Origin: an uncultured Tissierella sp.
GTDB taxonomy: Bacteria > Bacillota > Clostridia > Tissierellales > Tissierellaceae
Direction of reading: 5' to 3'
DNA: 49,930 nt
Assembly: GCA_964590735.1 (NCBI GenBank)
Contig: CAZPZN010000002.1
Coordinates: forward strand, 1 to 49,930
Shown: one piece after another, positions 48,766-49,930 of the stretch
Layout of the letters: the number at the start of each line of letters is the position of its first letter
Numbering within the stretch: the first letter of the stretch is position 1
Notes under the pieces: generated by a model
Told to the model about the DNA's origin: nothing
What the model saw: only the letters and a program-made list of their open reading frames with translations
Database searches by the model: none
Made by a program: the position numbers and the translations under genes

Positions 48766-49857
48766 ATGGTGTCTGAAAGAGATGTTATTATATGGCTGAA
48801 TCATTTAGGAATGACTAGCAAAAGGATAGAGGACCTAAAATCTTGGTTAGAAGACCTAAGCATAATTTGGAACTTAGACCAAAGGATACTAAGAAATTCT
48901 AAGAAATTTAAGGATGAACAGCTAAATAGGATTTTGAAGTATAGAAATTTAGATTATCTAAATAATTTATTAATAAAGATTGAGAAAAATAATATAAATG
49001 TATTAACAACTTTAGACGAGGATTATCCTGAAAGCCTTTATAATATACCGGATAGGCCAGCTATTCTCTATTATAGAGGTAAACTTAAATCAGAGGATAA
49101 GCTTTCCATTGGTATAGTAGGTTCAAGAAAAGCTACGGCTTATGGGAAGTGGGCCTGTGAAAGATTTACTAGAGAATTATCTGAAATGGGTATAACCATA
49201 GTTAGTGGCCTAGCTACTGGTATAGATACATACGCTCATAAGATGGCTCTAGAATCTGGAGGAAGAACCATTGGAGTATTAGGTAATGGCTTGGATATAA
49301 TATACCCTAAGAATAATCACAAACTCTATAATGAGTTGGCTAATAATGGATGTATTTTTTCTGAATATCCTTTAGGTACAGAACCCTTTCCTTACAACTT
49401 TCCTCAAAGGAATAGGATTATATCTGGACTTTCCTTGGGCATAATCGTAATTGAAGCAAAAGAAAAATCTGGTTCACTCATTACTGCACACCATGGCTTA
49501 GAACAGGGAAAGGATATCTTTGCTGTCCCTGGAAATATAAATAGCATCTATAGTGGAGGAACTAATAAGCTTATAAAGGATGGCGCCAGACCCCTATTAG
49601 ATATAGATGATATTATAGAGGAAATCTATGAGCTACAAATCATATGTCAAGAAAGAAAAAAATCTGGATTTGATTTTTCAGATTTAAGTATAGATGAAGA
49701 GAAGATAATGAAAATAATAATAGAAGGTCCTGTACATTCGGATAATATTGTGATAAAAACAGGTATAGACATTTCAACTGTCATGAGTATATTAACAGGA
49801 TTAGAATTAAAAGGAATGATAAAAGAGCTTTCTGGTAGAGTGTTTACAATCTGCTAG
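48766..49857 (+). CDS. dprA: DNA-processing protein DprA
   Basis: IVGSRKATAYG, IVSGLATGID, FPQRNRIISGLS, SGSLITA and FAVPG. Confidence 0.95.
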   Translation: MVSERDVIIWLNHLGMTSKRIEDLKSWLEDLSIIWNLDQRILRNSKKFKDEQLNRILKYRNLDYLNNLLIKIEKNNINVLTTLDEDYPESLYNIPDRPAILYYRGKLKSEDKLSIGIVGSRKATAYGKWACERFTRELSEMGITIVSGLATGIDTYAHKMALESGGRTIGVLGNGLDIIYPKNNHKLYNELANNGCIFSEYPLGTEPFPYNFPQRNRIISGLSLGIIVIEAKEKSGSLITAHHGLEQGKDIFAVPGNINSIYSGGTNKLIKDGARPLLDIDDIIEEIYELQIICQERKKSGFDFSDLSIDEEKIMKIIIEGPVHSDNIVIKTGIDISTVMSILTGLELKGMIKELSGRVFTIC

Positions 49858-49875
49858 AGCTTTGGAGGTGTAAAA

Positions 49876-49930
49876 TTGGCAAAGAATTTAGTAATAGTAG
49901 AGTCCCCTGCCAAGTCCAAAACAATAGGTA
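49876..49930 (+). CDS. topA: DNA topoisomerase I, N-terminal fragment running off the window
   Basis: GGAGGTG RBS and TTG start; MAKNLVIVESPAKSKTIG is the TOPRIM N-terminus. Follows dprA. Confidence 0.92.
   Translation, partial: MAKNLVIVESPAKSKTIG

Overview
A low-GC Firmicute (Clostridia/Tissierellia-like, probably spore-forming) core-chromosome segment. It follows the classical order divIVA-lspA-rluD-pyrR / rqcH / yloC-remA-gmk-rpoZ-coaBC-priA-def-fmt-rsmB-rlmN-stp-pknB-rsgA-rpe-thiN / rpmB / yloU-fakA-recG-rsmD-coaD / ylbJ-tmcAL / ackA-yceD-rpmF-plsX-acpP-rnc-smc-ftsY-ylxM-ffh-rpsP-khpA-rimM-trmD-rplS-rbgA-rnhB-yraN-comM-dprA-topA. I saw no prophage, transposase, CRISPR, tRNA or rRNA. A TPP riboswitch with thiT sits between rpe and thiN, and an L19 leader precedes rplS. 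The unexplained signal is intergenic. (1) Two separate families of short structured repeats have four copies each (20690, 26961, 29330, 43094 and 3173, 5092, 24222, 42711), and every copy is co-oriented with an adjacent transcript. (2) A 165-nt four-helix structure upstream of rbgA carries two GA-NN-GNA-NN-GA mini-hairpin tips. (3) A 56-aa membrane-protein ORF missing from the ORF track occupies the position held by spoVM in Bacillus subtilis. All gene calls come from motif recognition and synteny; no database searches were run.
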